A DNA stretch of 22,490 nucleotides from Candidatus Eiseniibacteriota bacterium (GTDB lineage: Bacteria > Eisenbacteria > RBG-16-71-46 > JABDJR01 > JAWXBZ01): assembly GCA_034440375.1 (NCBI GenBank), contig JAWXBZ010000138.1, positions 1-22,490 on the forward strand, given 5' to 3'. Below the pieces are notes generated by a model, which saw nothing but the letters and a program-made list of their open reading frames with translations, made no database searches and was not told the origin of the DNA. A program made the translations under genes and the position numbers. Below, one piece after another: positions 1 through 8,246 of this stretch; the first letter of the stretch is position 1, and each line of letters begins with the position of its first letter.

Positions 1-1
1 C

Positions 2-1246
2 CCCCGTCCCACCTTTCAGGAACTCTTCCGCACCTCGAAACCGGTCATCGGCGTCGTGCATCTGAAACCGCTGCCGGGGAGCCCCGGCTATGACGGATCC
101 TTCCTCGCACTCCTCGATCATGCGCTCACCGACGCCCGGGCCATCGAAGCCGGTGGAGCATCGGGCCTCATTGTCGAGAATTTTGGCGACGCGCCTTACT
201 TTCCCGACCAGGTACCGCCAGAGACCATCGCGGCCATGACGCGGCTCGTGACGGAAGTCCGGAAGGCCGTGCGGATTCCGGTCGGCGTCAACGTTCTGCG
301 CAACGACGCCCGCGGCGGTGTGGCCGTGGCCGCGGCCACCGGCGCTGGTTTTGTCAGGGTCAATGTTCACACCGGCGTCATGGTCACCGACCAGGGATTG
401 ATCGCCGGCCGTGCCTGGGAGTCCGTCCGACTGCGCGAGGTGCTCCGTTCGCGCACACTCCTTTTCGCCGATATTCGCGTCAAGCATGCGGTCCCGCTGG
501 CCCAGTTCGACCTGGTGGCCGAGGCCGATGACCTCCTTTCGCGCGGACGCGCCGATGCCCTGATCATCACGGGAGCGTCGACCGGCTCGCCGGCCGATCT
601 GGCCCAGGTCCAGGCACTGAAGGAGGCATTCCCGGACGTGGCGGTCATGGTCGGCAGCGGCGTGGACGCCGACAACGCCGAGGCCGTGCTCCAGGTGGCC
701 GACGGCTGCATCATCGGCACCTCCATCAAGTTCGACGGCCGTGTGGAGAATGCGGTTGATCCGGAGCGTCTGGCCGGGATTACCCGCGTGGCCGGCCGCC
801 TTTTCCCCCGCGAGGCGTCGGCGCACCCTCGTTTCGAGGAGGGCCCGCGTACGGATGTTCGCCCCCGATCGGACGAGCGTTCCCGATCCCAGGAACTTCC
901 CATTCGCTTCGAGCGCGCGCGGCCGGCCGAGGCATACCAGGAAAATGGTGGCAATGCCGAATCGCATCCTGGGACCACCGAGATCGGACACGAGGTCACC
1001 CCGGCGCCCGTGTTTTCAAGCCCGCCCCCACCGTCATCGCTTCCGCCACGAGAGGGGGGCGTCCCGATCTGGGAGCCGCGCCCAATGGCCGCCGCCCCTG
1101 CGCCGGGGTTGGTCGGAGCCGTCATGGAAGACAATCCGATTGAGCAAGTGGCGGTACCGGCGCTCCCCAAACCAGCGGCGGCAGTCCGTCCCGAGGTCGA
1201 TGTGACCCCCTTCGGTCGGATCAGTCATCGCAAAAAGCGGCGCTAG
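2..1246 (+). CDS. btpA: BtpA/SgcQ family TIM-barrel protein with long low-complexity C-terminal extension (5' end outside window)
   Basis: Frame is open from base 2 (PRPTFQELFRTSKPVIGVVHLKPLPGSP). Family-typical motifs: ENFGDAPY, GVNVLRND, ADIRVKH, ADALIITG, GSGV, DGCIIGTSIK. Confidence 0.88.
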   Translation, partial: PRPTFQELFRTSKPVIGVVHLKPLPGSPGYDGSFLALLDHALTDARAIEAGGASGLIVENFGDAPYFPDQVPPETIAAMTRLVTEVRKAVRIPVGVNVLRNDARGGVAVAAATGAGFVRVNVHTGVMVTDQGLIAGRAWESVRLREVLRSRTLLFADIRVKHAVPLAQFDLVAEADDLLSRGRADALIITGASTGSPADLAQVQALKEAFPDVAVMVGSGVDADNAEAVLQVADGCIIGTSIKFDGRVENAVDPERLAGITRVAGRLFPREASAHPRFEEGPRTDVRPRSDERSRSQELPIRFERARPAEAYQENGGNAESHPGTTEIGHEVTPAPVFSSPPPPSSLPPREGGVPIWEPRPMAAAPAPGLVGAVMEDNPIEQVAVPALPKPAAAVRPEVDVTPFGRISHRKKRR

Positions 1247-1266
1247 GTCAGAAGTTTGATTGCACG

Positions 1267-1306
1267 AGGCGCCCGATCCGGATCCCGGGTCGGGCGCCTT
1301 GTCGTT
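1267..1306 (+). terminator. Intrinsic terminator-like hairpin between convergent btpA and SDR genes
   Basis: AGGCGCCCGATCCG (1267-1280), loop GATCC, CGGGTCGGGCGCCT (1286-1299): 14-bp stem with one G-U, followed by TGTCGTT. Confidence 0.65.
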
Positions 1307-1307
1307 G

Positions 1308-2063
1308 CTACCGACGCCACCGAAAGCCTCCCTCGACCGGGAGGCAGGCGCCGTTGATGTGACGGGCCTCATCACTGACGAGGAAGCGGACGGCATGGGC
1401 GACGTCCTCGGGGGTGGCCAGCCGACGGGTCGGAATGGTGGCCGCGATCGCCTGGAGGCGCGCGGGCTCGACTTCGGCCGTTACCATCTCGGTGAGGGTC
1501 CACCCCGGGGCGACCGTGTTCGTCGTTATTCCGAACGGACCCAGTTCCACGGCCAGCGAGCGGGCCCATGACTCCATTGCGCCTTTCGAAGCGGCGTAGT
1601 GGGAGTGCTCCGGCTCGCCGAGAAGGGCCGCCGTCGAGCTGATGCCGATGATCCGGCCGTGGCGGCGCTCCTTCATGGCGGGAACCGCCGCGCTGGCCAG
1701 ATGGAAGAGTGCGTTCAGGTTGAGGGCCATCAGATCATTCAGGCGCTCGACATCAGGATCGTCCACGGGGCGATGATTCCAGATCCCGGCGCTGTGAATC
1801 AGGATCTCGGGCGCGCCGAGCGTGGCGTGACATTCGTCAATAAGCCCACGGCAAGCGATGGGATCCCGGAGGTCGGCGGCCAGGGTGACGCTTTGGGCGA
1901 TGGAGCCCGCGACAGCGTCGGCCTCATTCGGGCTGGCCCGGTGATGCACCGCCACCGCGGCCCCTGCCCGGCCGAGCTCCAGCGCGATGGCGCGGCCGAT
2001 ACCGCGCGAGGCACCGGTGACGAGGGCCACCCGGCCGGTCAGTCGAAAAGGGTTGTCGGTCAT
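1308..2063 (-). CDS. Short-chain dehydrogenase/reductase (FabG-like)
   Basis: TGASRGIG Rossmann motif, catalytic YAASK, NTVAPG. GGAGGA SD upstream. Confidence 0.92.
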   Translation of the reverse strand: MTDNPFRLTGRVALVTGASRGIGRAIALELGRAGAAVAVHHRASPNEADAVAGSIAQSVTLAADLRDPIACRGLIDECHATLGAPEILIHSAGIWNHRPVDDPDVERLNDLMALNLNALFHLASAAVPAMKERRHGRIIGISSTAALLGEPEHSHYAASKGAMESWARSLAVELGPFGITTNTVAPGWTLTEMVTAEVEPARLQAIAATIPTRRLATPEDVAHAVRFLVSDEARHINGACLPVEGGFRWRR

Positions 2064-2121
2064 TCGATCCTCCAGAGTCCGGCGCTGAATTTGCCCGACG
2101 AACCTGATAAAGTCACGGGCC

Positions 2122-3024
2122 GTGAGTCTCCTTGATCAGGCCATTGTCGGCCTTCTGCCACTGGTTCCCAAGCCCATCGTGCGCCGATTCTCGTCCCGTT
2201 ACATCGCCGGGGACGATCTGACCTCGGCCATGCGAACGATTCGCCGTCTCAATTCCGGCCGGTTAATGGCCACCGTCGATGTCCTGGGCGAATTCATCAG
2301 CCGGCTCGACGAAGCCAATGCCACGGCGGCCGAGTACGAGCGGGTGCTGGCGGCCGTGCAGGCCGAGCGGCTGGACGCCAACATCTCGATCAAGCTGTCG
2401 GGGTTCGGGCTGCTTCTCGACCAGGATCATTGCTATCGGCTCGTCGAGGAACTTTGCCGGGCCGCCGCCCGCCGCCACAGTTTCGTCCGCATCGACATGG
2501 AAGATTCCAGTTGCACCACCGACACGCTGAACATCTATCGCCGACTTCGGGCGGCCGGTCACGACAATGTTGGCGTCGTCCTTCAGGCATACCTTCGCCG
2601 GAGCATGGAGGACATCGAAGCACTCCTGCCGCTCAACCCGAGCGTACGCGTGTGCAAGGGAATCTACGTCGAATCGGAGAACCTCGCATTCAAGGATCCC
2701 GATGAGATTCGGGCCAGCTATGAGAGGATGGTCGAACGCCTGCTCGCGGCAGGATGCTATGTCGGGATGGCGACCCACGATCCGGCCCTGGTTCGGTCGG
2801 GCGAAGCACTCGTCCGCCGTTTGGGCCTGCATCCCGCCGCCTACGAGTTTCAGATGCTCCTGGGCGTGGCGGAGGATATCCGACAGCGGTTGATCGACGC
2901 CGGGCATCGACTTCGCGTGTATGTTCCTTATGGAGCCGAGTGGTACGCCTACTCCGTCCGGCGCCTCAAGGAAAATCCCCGGATCGCGGGATACGTTTTG
3001 CGGAATCTAATAGCCGGGAGGTAA
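2122..3024 (+). CDS. Monofunctional proline dehydrogenase
   Basis: RYIAG, DVLGE, SIKLS, RIDMED, GVVLQAYLRRS, RVCKGIY, ATHD, EFQMLLG, RVYVPYG, WYAYSVRRLKE. 300 aa, no P5C dehydrogenase domain. Confidence 0.93.
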   Translation: MSLLDQAIVGLLPLVPKPIVRRFSSRYIAGDDLTSAMRTIRRLNSGRLMATVDVLGEFISRLDEANATAAEYERVLAAVQAERLDANISIKLSGFGLLLDQDHCYRLVEELCRAAARRHSFVRIDMEDSSCTTDTLNIYRRLRAAGHDNVGVVLQAYLRRSMEDIEALLPLNPSVRVCKGIYVESENLAFKDPDEIRASYERMVERLLAAGCYVGMATHDPALVRSGEALVRRLGLHPAAYEFQMLLGVAEDIRQRLIDAGHRLRVYVPYGAEWYAYSVRRLKENPRIAGYVLRNLIAGR

Positions 3025-3027
3025 GCC

Positions 3028-3666
3028 ATGAAATGGATCAAGGACTCCGGCAAGGAGCCACCGAAGAGCCCGGCTGTTGCACGGGTGAAAGACGATGCCG
3101 AGAAGCACGGCAACCGCCTGCCGCCCGGTCAAATCGTTACCGACAAGTGGCCGGTGCTTCAGTTCAGCCACGTTCCGCGGATCGACCTCGCAGCCTGGAC
3201 TTTCAAGATGTTCGGTCTTGTCGAGGAGCCGGTCGAATTCACCTGGGACGAGTTCAATCAACTACCGGTTTCGACACTGGTCAACGACATCCACTGCGTG
3301 ACCCACTGGAGCAAGTTCGACAACTCATGGGAAGGAGTGCTGGCCCGCGATCTCCTGGCCCTGGTTCGAATCCGGCCGGAGACCCGTTACGTCATGGTAC
3401 ACGGCCATGACGGATACGCGACCAACGTGCCGTTGTCGATCCTGACCGGCCCGGATTCGATCCTCGCGTTCCGACATGACGGCAAGGAACTGAGCCCCGA
3501 GCATGGCTGGCCCTGCCGCCTCATTCCGCCCCCCGACCACTACCTCTGGAAGGGTGCCAAGTGGATCAGCGGCCTGGAATTCATGGCTGAGGACAAGGCC
3601 GGATTCTGGGAACGGAACGGCTATCACATGAACGCCAATCCCTGGCGGGAGGAGCGTTTTTCCTGA
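3028..3666 (+). CDS. Sulfite oxidase-like molybdopterin-binding oxidoreductase (cytoplasmic, YuiH-like)
   Basis: RLPPGQ, DIHCVTHWS (Mo-ligating Cys), HGWPCRL, WKGAKW, GFWERNGYH. No signal peptide; starts 3 nt after the upstream stop. Confidence 0.9.
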   Translation: MKWIKDSGKEPPKSPAVARVKDDAEKHGNRLPPGQIVTDKWPVLQFSHVPRIDLAAWTFKMFGLVEEPVEFTWDEFNQLPVSTLVNDIHCVTHWSKFDNSWEGVLARDLLALVRIRPETRYVMVHGHDGYATNVPLSILTGPDSILAFRHDGKELSPEHGWPCRLIPPPDHYLWKGAKWISGLEFMAEDKAGFWERNGYHMNANPWREERFS

Positions 3667-3687
3667 GTCCCCGGCCTGAAGGTTCGA

Positions 3688-4617
3688 CTAGCGGCCCAGT
3701 CGCTTGATCCGGGTCCATGTCGCGTTCTCAACCGGAACCACGCCGCAATGTCCCGGCCCGGTGATCCCGTTGTTGTACCTGTCCAGAGTCTGGGTGTACG
3801 GGCTCGTCGTGCCAGGGGCCAGGCTTCCGGCACCGATTGACGGGATGATCCGCGAACCGATCAGCGCCTGCGCCTGGTTGAGGGCCGTCTGCTGGGCCGG
3901 CGGCAGCGTGGCGCCGTTGAACACGTTCAGCATGGTGGCGATCACCTGGTGGGAGAGCGATACAAGCCCATTTCCCCGGGCTGGCGTTCCGAAGATTGCC
4001 AGAAGCTCGGCCTGATTGTAGGTGACCGTCCCGATCGTCAGGTTGCGGGTGGGCCAGGCGCTCGGGTGGTTCTTCCAGTAACCCTGCGTGTAAGTGCAGT
4101 CGCCGGCGTTCTGGGAGGCCGTGGTGTAACTGATGTCCTGGCTCCAGAAACTGGGCAGGATCGGGCCGTATCCTTCGGCGCGACCACGCAGGATGTACTC
4201 GATGCCCGGCTCCATGTCGCCTTCATAATTGGCGTACAGCCCGGTCTCGTCAAAGATGTCACCGACCTCGATGGTGGCCGAAGCGTTCGGGCCGAGCTGA
4301 AAGGTGGTCGTCCCATCGTGCGTGTTGAGCGTCGGGGCCGTTTCGAATCGGCAGTAGACGAGACCGAGGTTGTAGTCCTCGGTTGCCGGCCAGCCGCCCT
4401 GGGCATCGAAGTCGGACCTGGCCATCCATTGGATACGGAAACCACCGACGGCACCGTCCGGAGCCGCGGTCACGCGAACCGAGGCCACCGACTTGCCGAC
4501 CTCCTGGACCGTGAACACGGGAACGCCGTAGCGGGCGGCGTGGGCGGGATCAGAAGCTGTTGCCAGTGCGGCAATGGTCACGGCGGACATAATGGTGCGC
4601 TTGATAACCCGGAACAT
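3688..4617 (-). CDS. Secreted hypothetical protein: signal peptide, FnIII-like domain, TQGYWKNH domain, C-terminal TWxxIK tail
   Basis: Start reassigned to ATG 4617 (MFRVIKRTIMSAVTIAALATASDPAHA), with GGGGGA SD and an upstream promoter. EPGIEYILRGRA...SFWS resembles FnIII. The longer ORF extension is antisense to E1-alpha. Confidence 0.82.
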   Translation of the reverse strand: MFRVIKRTIMSAVTIAALATASDPAHAARYGVPVFTVQEVGKSVASVRVTAAPDGAVGGFRIQWMARSDFDAQGGWPATEDYNLGLVYCRFETAPTLNTHDGTTTFQLGPNASATIEVGDIFDETGLYANYEGDMEPGIEYILRGRAEGYGPILPSFWSQDISYTTASQNAGDCTYTQGYWKNHPSAWPTRNLTIGTVTYNQAELLAIFGTPARGNGLVSLSHQVIATMLNVFNGATLPPAQQTALNQAQALIGSRIIPSIGAGSLAPGTTSPYTQTLDRYNNGITGPGHCGVVPVENATWTRIKRLGR

Positions 4618-4727
4618 TGGAAGATCCCCCTGCGGTCCGTCAACTGTGAGGGGAGCCCTTGGGAACTCCCTGCCATGCAGGGAGCCCGATCTGGTTGCGG
4701 CCAGTACCAGACCCCCGAGATTCCGGA

Positions 4728-4756
4728 AATATAGTGGATCGGGAACTGTCCCGCAA
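4728..4756 (-). promoter_or_regulatory. Sigma70-type promoter for the secreted protein gene
   Basis: Minus strand TTGCGG-N17-TATATT (-35 at 4751-4756, -10 at 4728-4733). Confidence 0.6.
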
Positions 4757-4824
4757 GTAGTAAATGCCGGTTCACACACTTCCTCTTCTGGCTTCCACCG
4801 GTCCGGCTGTGGCATTCTTCCAGC

Positions 4825-5844
4825 ATGGCAACCAGACCGGCACGCCCCAGCGACTCGCCGCGCCCGTCCGAGCCCGGCCAATCCGCCCCGGAACGCACCT
4901 TCCTGCTCAATCTCTATCGCTGGGCACGGATGACGCGACTGGTCGACGACCGCCTGGCGATCCTCTACCGGCAAAACGAGGTGGTGGGAGGGGTTTACGC
5001 CTGCCGGGGCCAGGAGGGGCTGACCGTGGCCGCGACCATGGCGCTCGGCCCGGCCGACTTCGTGGCCCCGATCATCCGGAACATGGGCGCCATGCTGGTT
5101 CGCGGCATCGCCCCTCGGGACATTTTTTGCCAGTACATGGCCCGCAGGGACGGCCCTACTTTTGGCCGGGACCTGAACACCCACTTCGGCGATCTGTCGA
5201 AGGGGGTGGTGGCACCAATCTCGATGCTCGGATCTCTTATTCCGGTGATGATCGGCATTGCTCTGGCGAAGAAGGCGCAGGGAGAGAGATCGGTGACGCT
5301 CAGTTTCATCGGCGACGGCGGCTCCTCGACCGGCGAGTTCCATGAGGGACTGAACTACGCAGCCGTCACGAAGGCCCCCTTTGTCCTCATACTGGAAAAC
5401 AATCAGTATGCTTACTCGACGCCGACTCGCATGCAGGCCGGCTGCCCTGAGTTCGTGGTGAGGGCCCGAGGCTATGGCATCCATGGCGAAACGGTCGACG
5501 GCAATGACATGCTGGCGGTTCACGAAGTGGTCCGTCGTTCGGTGGAGCGGGCGCGTCACGGCGATGGACCGACGCTGATCGAGGCACACACGATGCGCAT
5601 GCAGGGGCACGCCGCTCACGACGATTTCAAGTATGTTCCAAGGGAGTTGTTGGCCGAATGGGCCGGGCGTGATCCGATCGATCTCTTCGCGGCACACGTC
5701 ACGGCGCTCGGCTGGTTGAGCGCCGATGATCTGAAGGCCGTGGATGCCGAACTCGAGCAATTTCTCGAAGCTGAAGTTGAATTCGCCCGCCAGAGCCCCT
5801 GGCCTCCGGGCGATTGGGCGGCGGATCGCGTCTACAATGACTGA
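4825..5844 (+). CDS. TPP-dependent 2-oxoacid dehydrogenase E1 component, alpha subunit
   Basis: GQEG, GDGGSSTGEFHEGLN...ENNQYA TPP-binding motif, VDGND, GPTLIEA, RMQGHAAHDD, RDPI. Confidence 0.93.
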   Translation: MATRPARPSDSPRPSEPGQSAPERTFLLNLYRWARMTRLVDDRLAILYRQNEVVGGVYACRGQEGLTVAATMALGPADFVAPIIRNMGAMLVRGIAPRDIFCQYMARRDGPTFGRDLNTHFGDLSKGVVAPISMLGSLIPVMIGIALAKKAQGERSVTLSFIGDGGSSTGEFHEGLNYAAVTKAPFVLILENNQYAYSTPTRMQAGCPEFVVRARGYGIHGETVDGNDMLAVHEVVRRSVERARHGDGPTLIEAHTMRMQGHAAHDDFKYVPRELLAEWAGRDPIDLFAAHVTALGWLSADDLKAVDAELEQFLEAEVEFARQSPWPPGDWAADRVYND

Positions 5845-5865
5845 ATTGCCACCAGTCCCGCCGCT

Positions 5866-6654
5866 CTAGAGTCCCTGCACCCGTCCGCCGTCGACCACCA
5901 GCACCTGGCCGGTGATGAATGAAGCCCGCTCGGAACAGAGCCAGGTCACGGCGTCGCCGATCTCAGCTGGTTCCCCCATCCGTTTCAGTATCGAACCCTC
6001 GACCCAGCCAGCCCTGATGCTGTCGATTGATTGTCCGGTCGTGGATGCCCTGTGGGCGGCCAGTTCCGCCAGCCTTTCCGTTTCCACGTACCCCGGCGCC
6101 ACCGAGTTGACGGTGATGCCGGCCCCGCCGACCTCACGGGAAAGGGTCTTGAGAAAGCCGGTCAGGCCGGCGCGAAACGTGTTCGAGAGGATCAAGCCGT
6201 CAATTGGTTGCCTGGCCGATGTCGAGGTGATCGCCACGATCCGGCCGCGGCCGGCGGCGATCATGTCGGGCAATAAGGCCCGACAGAGTTCAATGGTGGA
6301 CATCAAGGTCAGGCGGTAGGCGCGGTCGAAGGATTCACGCGCCACCTCGTCGAATCGTCCGGGCTGGGGACCGCCGGCGTTGGCGACCAGGATGTCAACG
6401 GAACCGAGCTGCCGGCGCACCGCATCGACCAGGGCTGGAATGGACTCGAGTTCAGCCAGGTCGGCCACGATGGTTTCGACGTGCTGGCCAGAGGCGGCAT
6501 GAATTGTCGTGGCCGCCCGCTCCAGTTTGTCCCGGGAGCGGGAGGCGATGGCTACGCGCGCGCCTTCTTTTGCCAGCGCAGCGGCCGAGGCGAGTCCCAG
6601 GCCCGAGGAACCGCCGGTGACCAGGCTGATCCGACCGGCAAGTTCCAGATCCAT
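5866..6654 (-). CDS. SDR family oxidoreductase, atypical BKR-like subgroup
   Basis: TGGSSGLG, DILVANAGGP, SNTFRAG where YxxxK normally lies, NSVAPG, ITGQVLVVDGG. Confidence 0.9.
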   Translation of the reverse strand: MDLELAGRISLVTGGSSGLGLASAAALAKEGARVAIASRSRDKLERAATTIHAASGQHVETIVADLAELESIPALVDAVRRQLGSVDILVANAGGPQPGRFDEVARESFDRAYRLTLMSTIELCRALLPDMIAAGRGRIVAITSTSARQPIDGLILSNTFRAGLTGFLKTLSREVGGAGITVNSVAPGYVETERLAELAAHRASTTGQSIDSIRAGWVEGSILKRMGEPAEIGDAVTWLCSERASFITGQVLVVDGGRVQGL

Positions 6655-6661
6655 TGGGAGC

Positions 6662-8191
6662 CTAACGGTCGGACTTCAACTTGCGAGCCCAGTTCTCCAC
6701 GGTGCGCTGAGCCAGTTCACGGCTACCGAGGCCGAACGAGAGGGCCAGCGCCAGGCAGATCGCCCCGAGAATGAGCGCGAAGGCGGTGACGACGATCTCC
6801 TTGCCGATCCCCATCTGCTGGAAGCCGAGCGCAAAGGCGAAAACGATGATCGCGTAGCGGGCCAGGTTTCCGAGCAGCAGGTTGGCATTGTCGGGCCCGT
6901 CGCCGACGCTGGCTGTCAGGATGATCCGACGCGTGAAGTTGGCGAGCCAGAAGCCGATGCCGATGATGACGACGGCCAGAACCACCTGGGAAATGAACTC
7001 GATGAATCGGCTGATCAGATCGGCCAGATTATTCAGATTCAGGATTTCGGCCGCCTCCATGGCCGCGAAGACCATGACAAATGCCATGACCACGGTGCCG
7101 CCGATCTGGGAGGGGGATAGCCCGGCCACCGCCGCCCGGGTGCTCGAGAGGCCGATGGCAGAGAGGATGCCGTCAAAGCCGAAGCCACGCAGGATACCGG
7201 CCACGAAATCGCGCAGGATGCGTCCGATGAGAAACGCCATCGTCAGGATCAGCAGCGAACCGAAGAGGTAGGGAAGGGCGTTGAAGAGCGATGCCAGCGC
7301 CCCCACCGCCGGCCGCGACAGCACATCCAGGTGGAGCGCGTCGATCGAGGCGACAATCACCGGAATCAGCGTGACAACATAGGCCAGGGTGCCGAGGATG
7401 GTGGTGACCCGCTGGCCGCCCAGCAGTCGGGCCAGTCCGATTCGCAATGCCAGCCCCTGCAGGCCCATCGCTTCCGTGAAGCCGATCATGACGGCACGCA
7501 CCACCCGCGCGATGATCCACCCGACCAGGAGAATCGAGCCGGCCGTGAAGATGTCGGGGACGGCCGACAGCGTTCGGGCAAACATCGAGGTCAGCGGAGT
7601 CACCGCCTCCTCCAGATCGAGCACGCGCAACGCCGCCGGCAGGAAAAAGAGGATCACGGTCCAGAAGATGACGGTGGCGATGGTATCGGAGGCGTGATGT
7701 TCGGGCTTGGTGTGCGTGGCCGCCTCCAGCCGGGAATCCAGCCCGAGCGCTTGAAGCCCCCGGAGCACGATCAGCCGAAGAATCGAAGCCACGATCCAGG
7801 CCAGGATGAGCACGGCGGCCGCGCCGAGGAAGCGTGGGAGGTACCCCATGACTTCTTCCAGCAGACGGTTGATCGGCTGGGTGAAATCAGCGAGCTGGAG
7901 CGCGTCAAAGAAAGCGATCAGCACGAAGAGCATCAGAAGGAAATAGATGAGCGTGGCCACCGCGTGCGACAGCGACGGACGCTTCTGCGACTCCGGCCCG
8001 CCGACGAGGCGGTTCACACCCCACTCGACCAGACGCTCATCGGTCTTCACCGCGTTGAGGCCGCGCTCGACAAGCGCGCGCACGATCCAGGCTCCCAGCC
8101 AGCCGAGGATGAGGATCGACACCGCCGCCATGAGGTGGGGCAAGAATCCTGCCAGTTCGCGGACAACCAGTCCGAGCTCATTCATGTCCAT
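6662..8191 (-). CDS. Polytopic membrane protein with five conserved TM-helix repeats (CmpX/mechanosensitive-channel-associated type)
   Basis: Repeat cores FLPHLMAAVSILILGWLGAWIVR, YLPRFLGAAAVLILAWIVASILR, AVPDIFTAGSILLVGWIIARVVR, ALPYLFGSLLILTMAFLIGRILR, FISQVVLAVVIIGIGFWLANFTR. C-terminal ALSFGLGSRE. Confidence 0.82.
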   Translation of the reverse strand: MDMNELGLVVRELAGFLPHLMAAVSILILGWLGAWIVRALVERGLNAVKTDERLVEWGVNRLVGGPESQKRPSLSHAVATLIYFLLMLFVLIAFFDALQLADFTQPINRLLEEVMGYLPRFLGAAAVLILAWIVASILRLIVLRGLQALGLDSRLEAATHTKPEHHASDTIATVIFWTVILFFLPAALRVLDLEEAVTPLTSMFARTLSAVPDIFTAGSILLVGWIIARVVRAVMIGFTEAMGLQGLALRIGLARLLGGQRVTTILGTLAYVVTLIPVIVASIDALHLDVLSRPAVGALASLFNALPYLFGSLLILTMAFLIGRILRDFVAGILRGFGFDGILSAIGLSSTRAAVAGLSPSQIGGTVVMAFVMVFAAMEAAEILNLNNLADLISRFIEFISQVVLAVVIIGIGFWLANFTRRIILTASVGDGPDNANLLLGNLARYAIIVFAFALGFQQMGIGKEIVVTAFALILGAICLALALSFGLGSRELAQRTVENWARKLKSDR

Positions 8192-8246
8192 TAGGGCGTA
8201 GTGAACGGGTTCACGCCCGCCGCGTCAAGCGGCTATCATTCGCGCC

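Noticed and set aside
4618-5760. N-terminal 381 aa of the 690-aa minus-strand ORF
   Set aside because: It is the antisense shadow of E1-alpha plus intergenic DNA. The real start at 4617 has an SD, promoter and signal peptide.
8192-8246. Lysine riboswitch upstream of lysA
   Set aside because: The spacer is only 55 nt and the gene looks leaderless, so there is no room for the aptamer.
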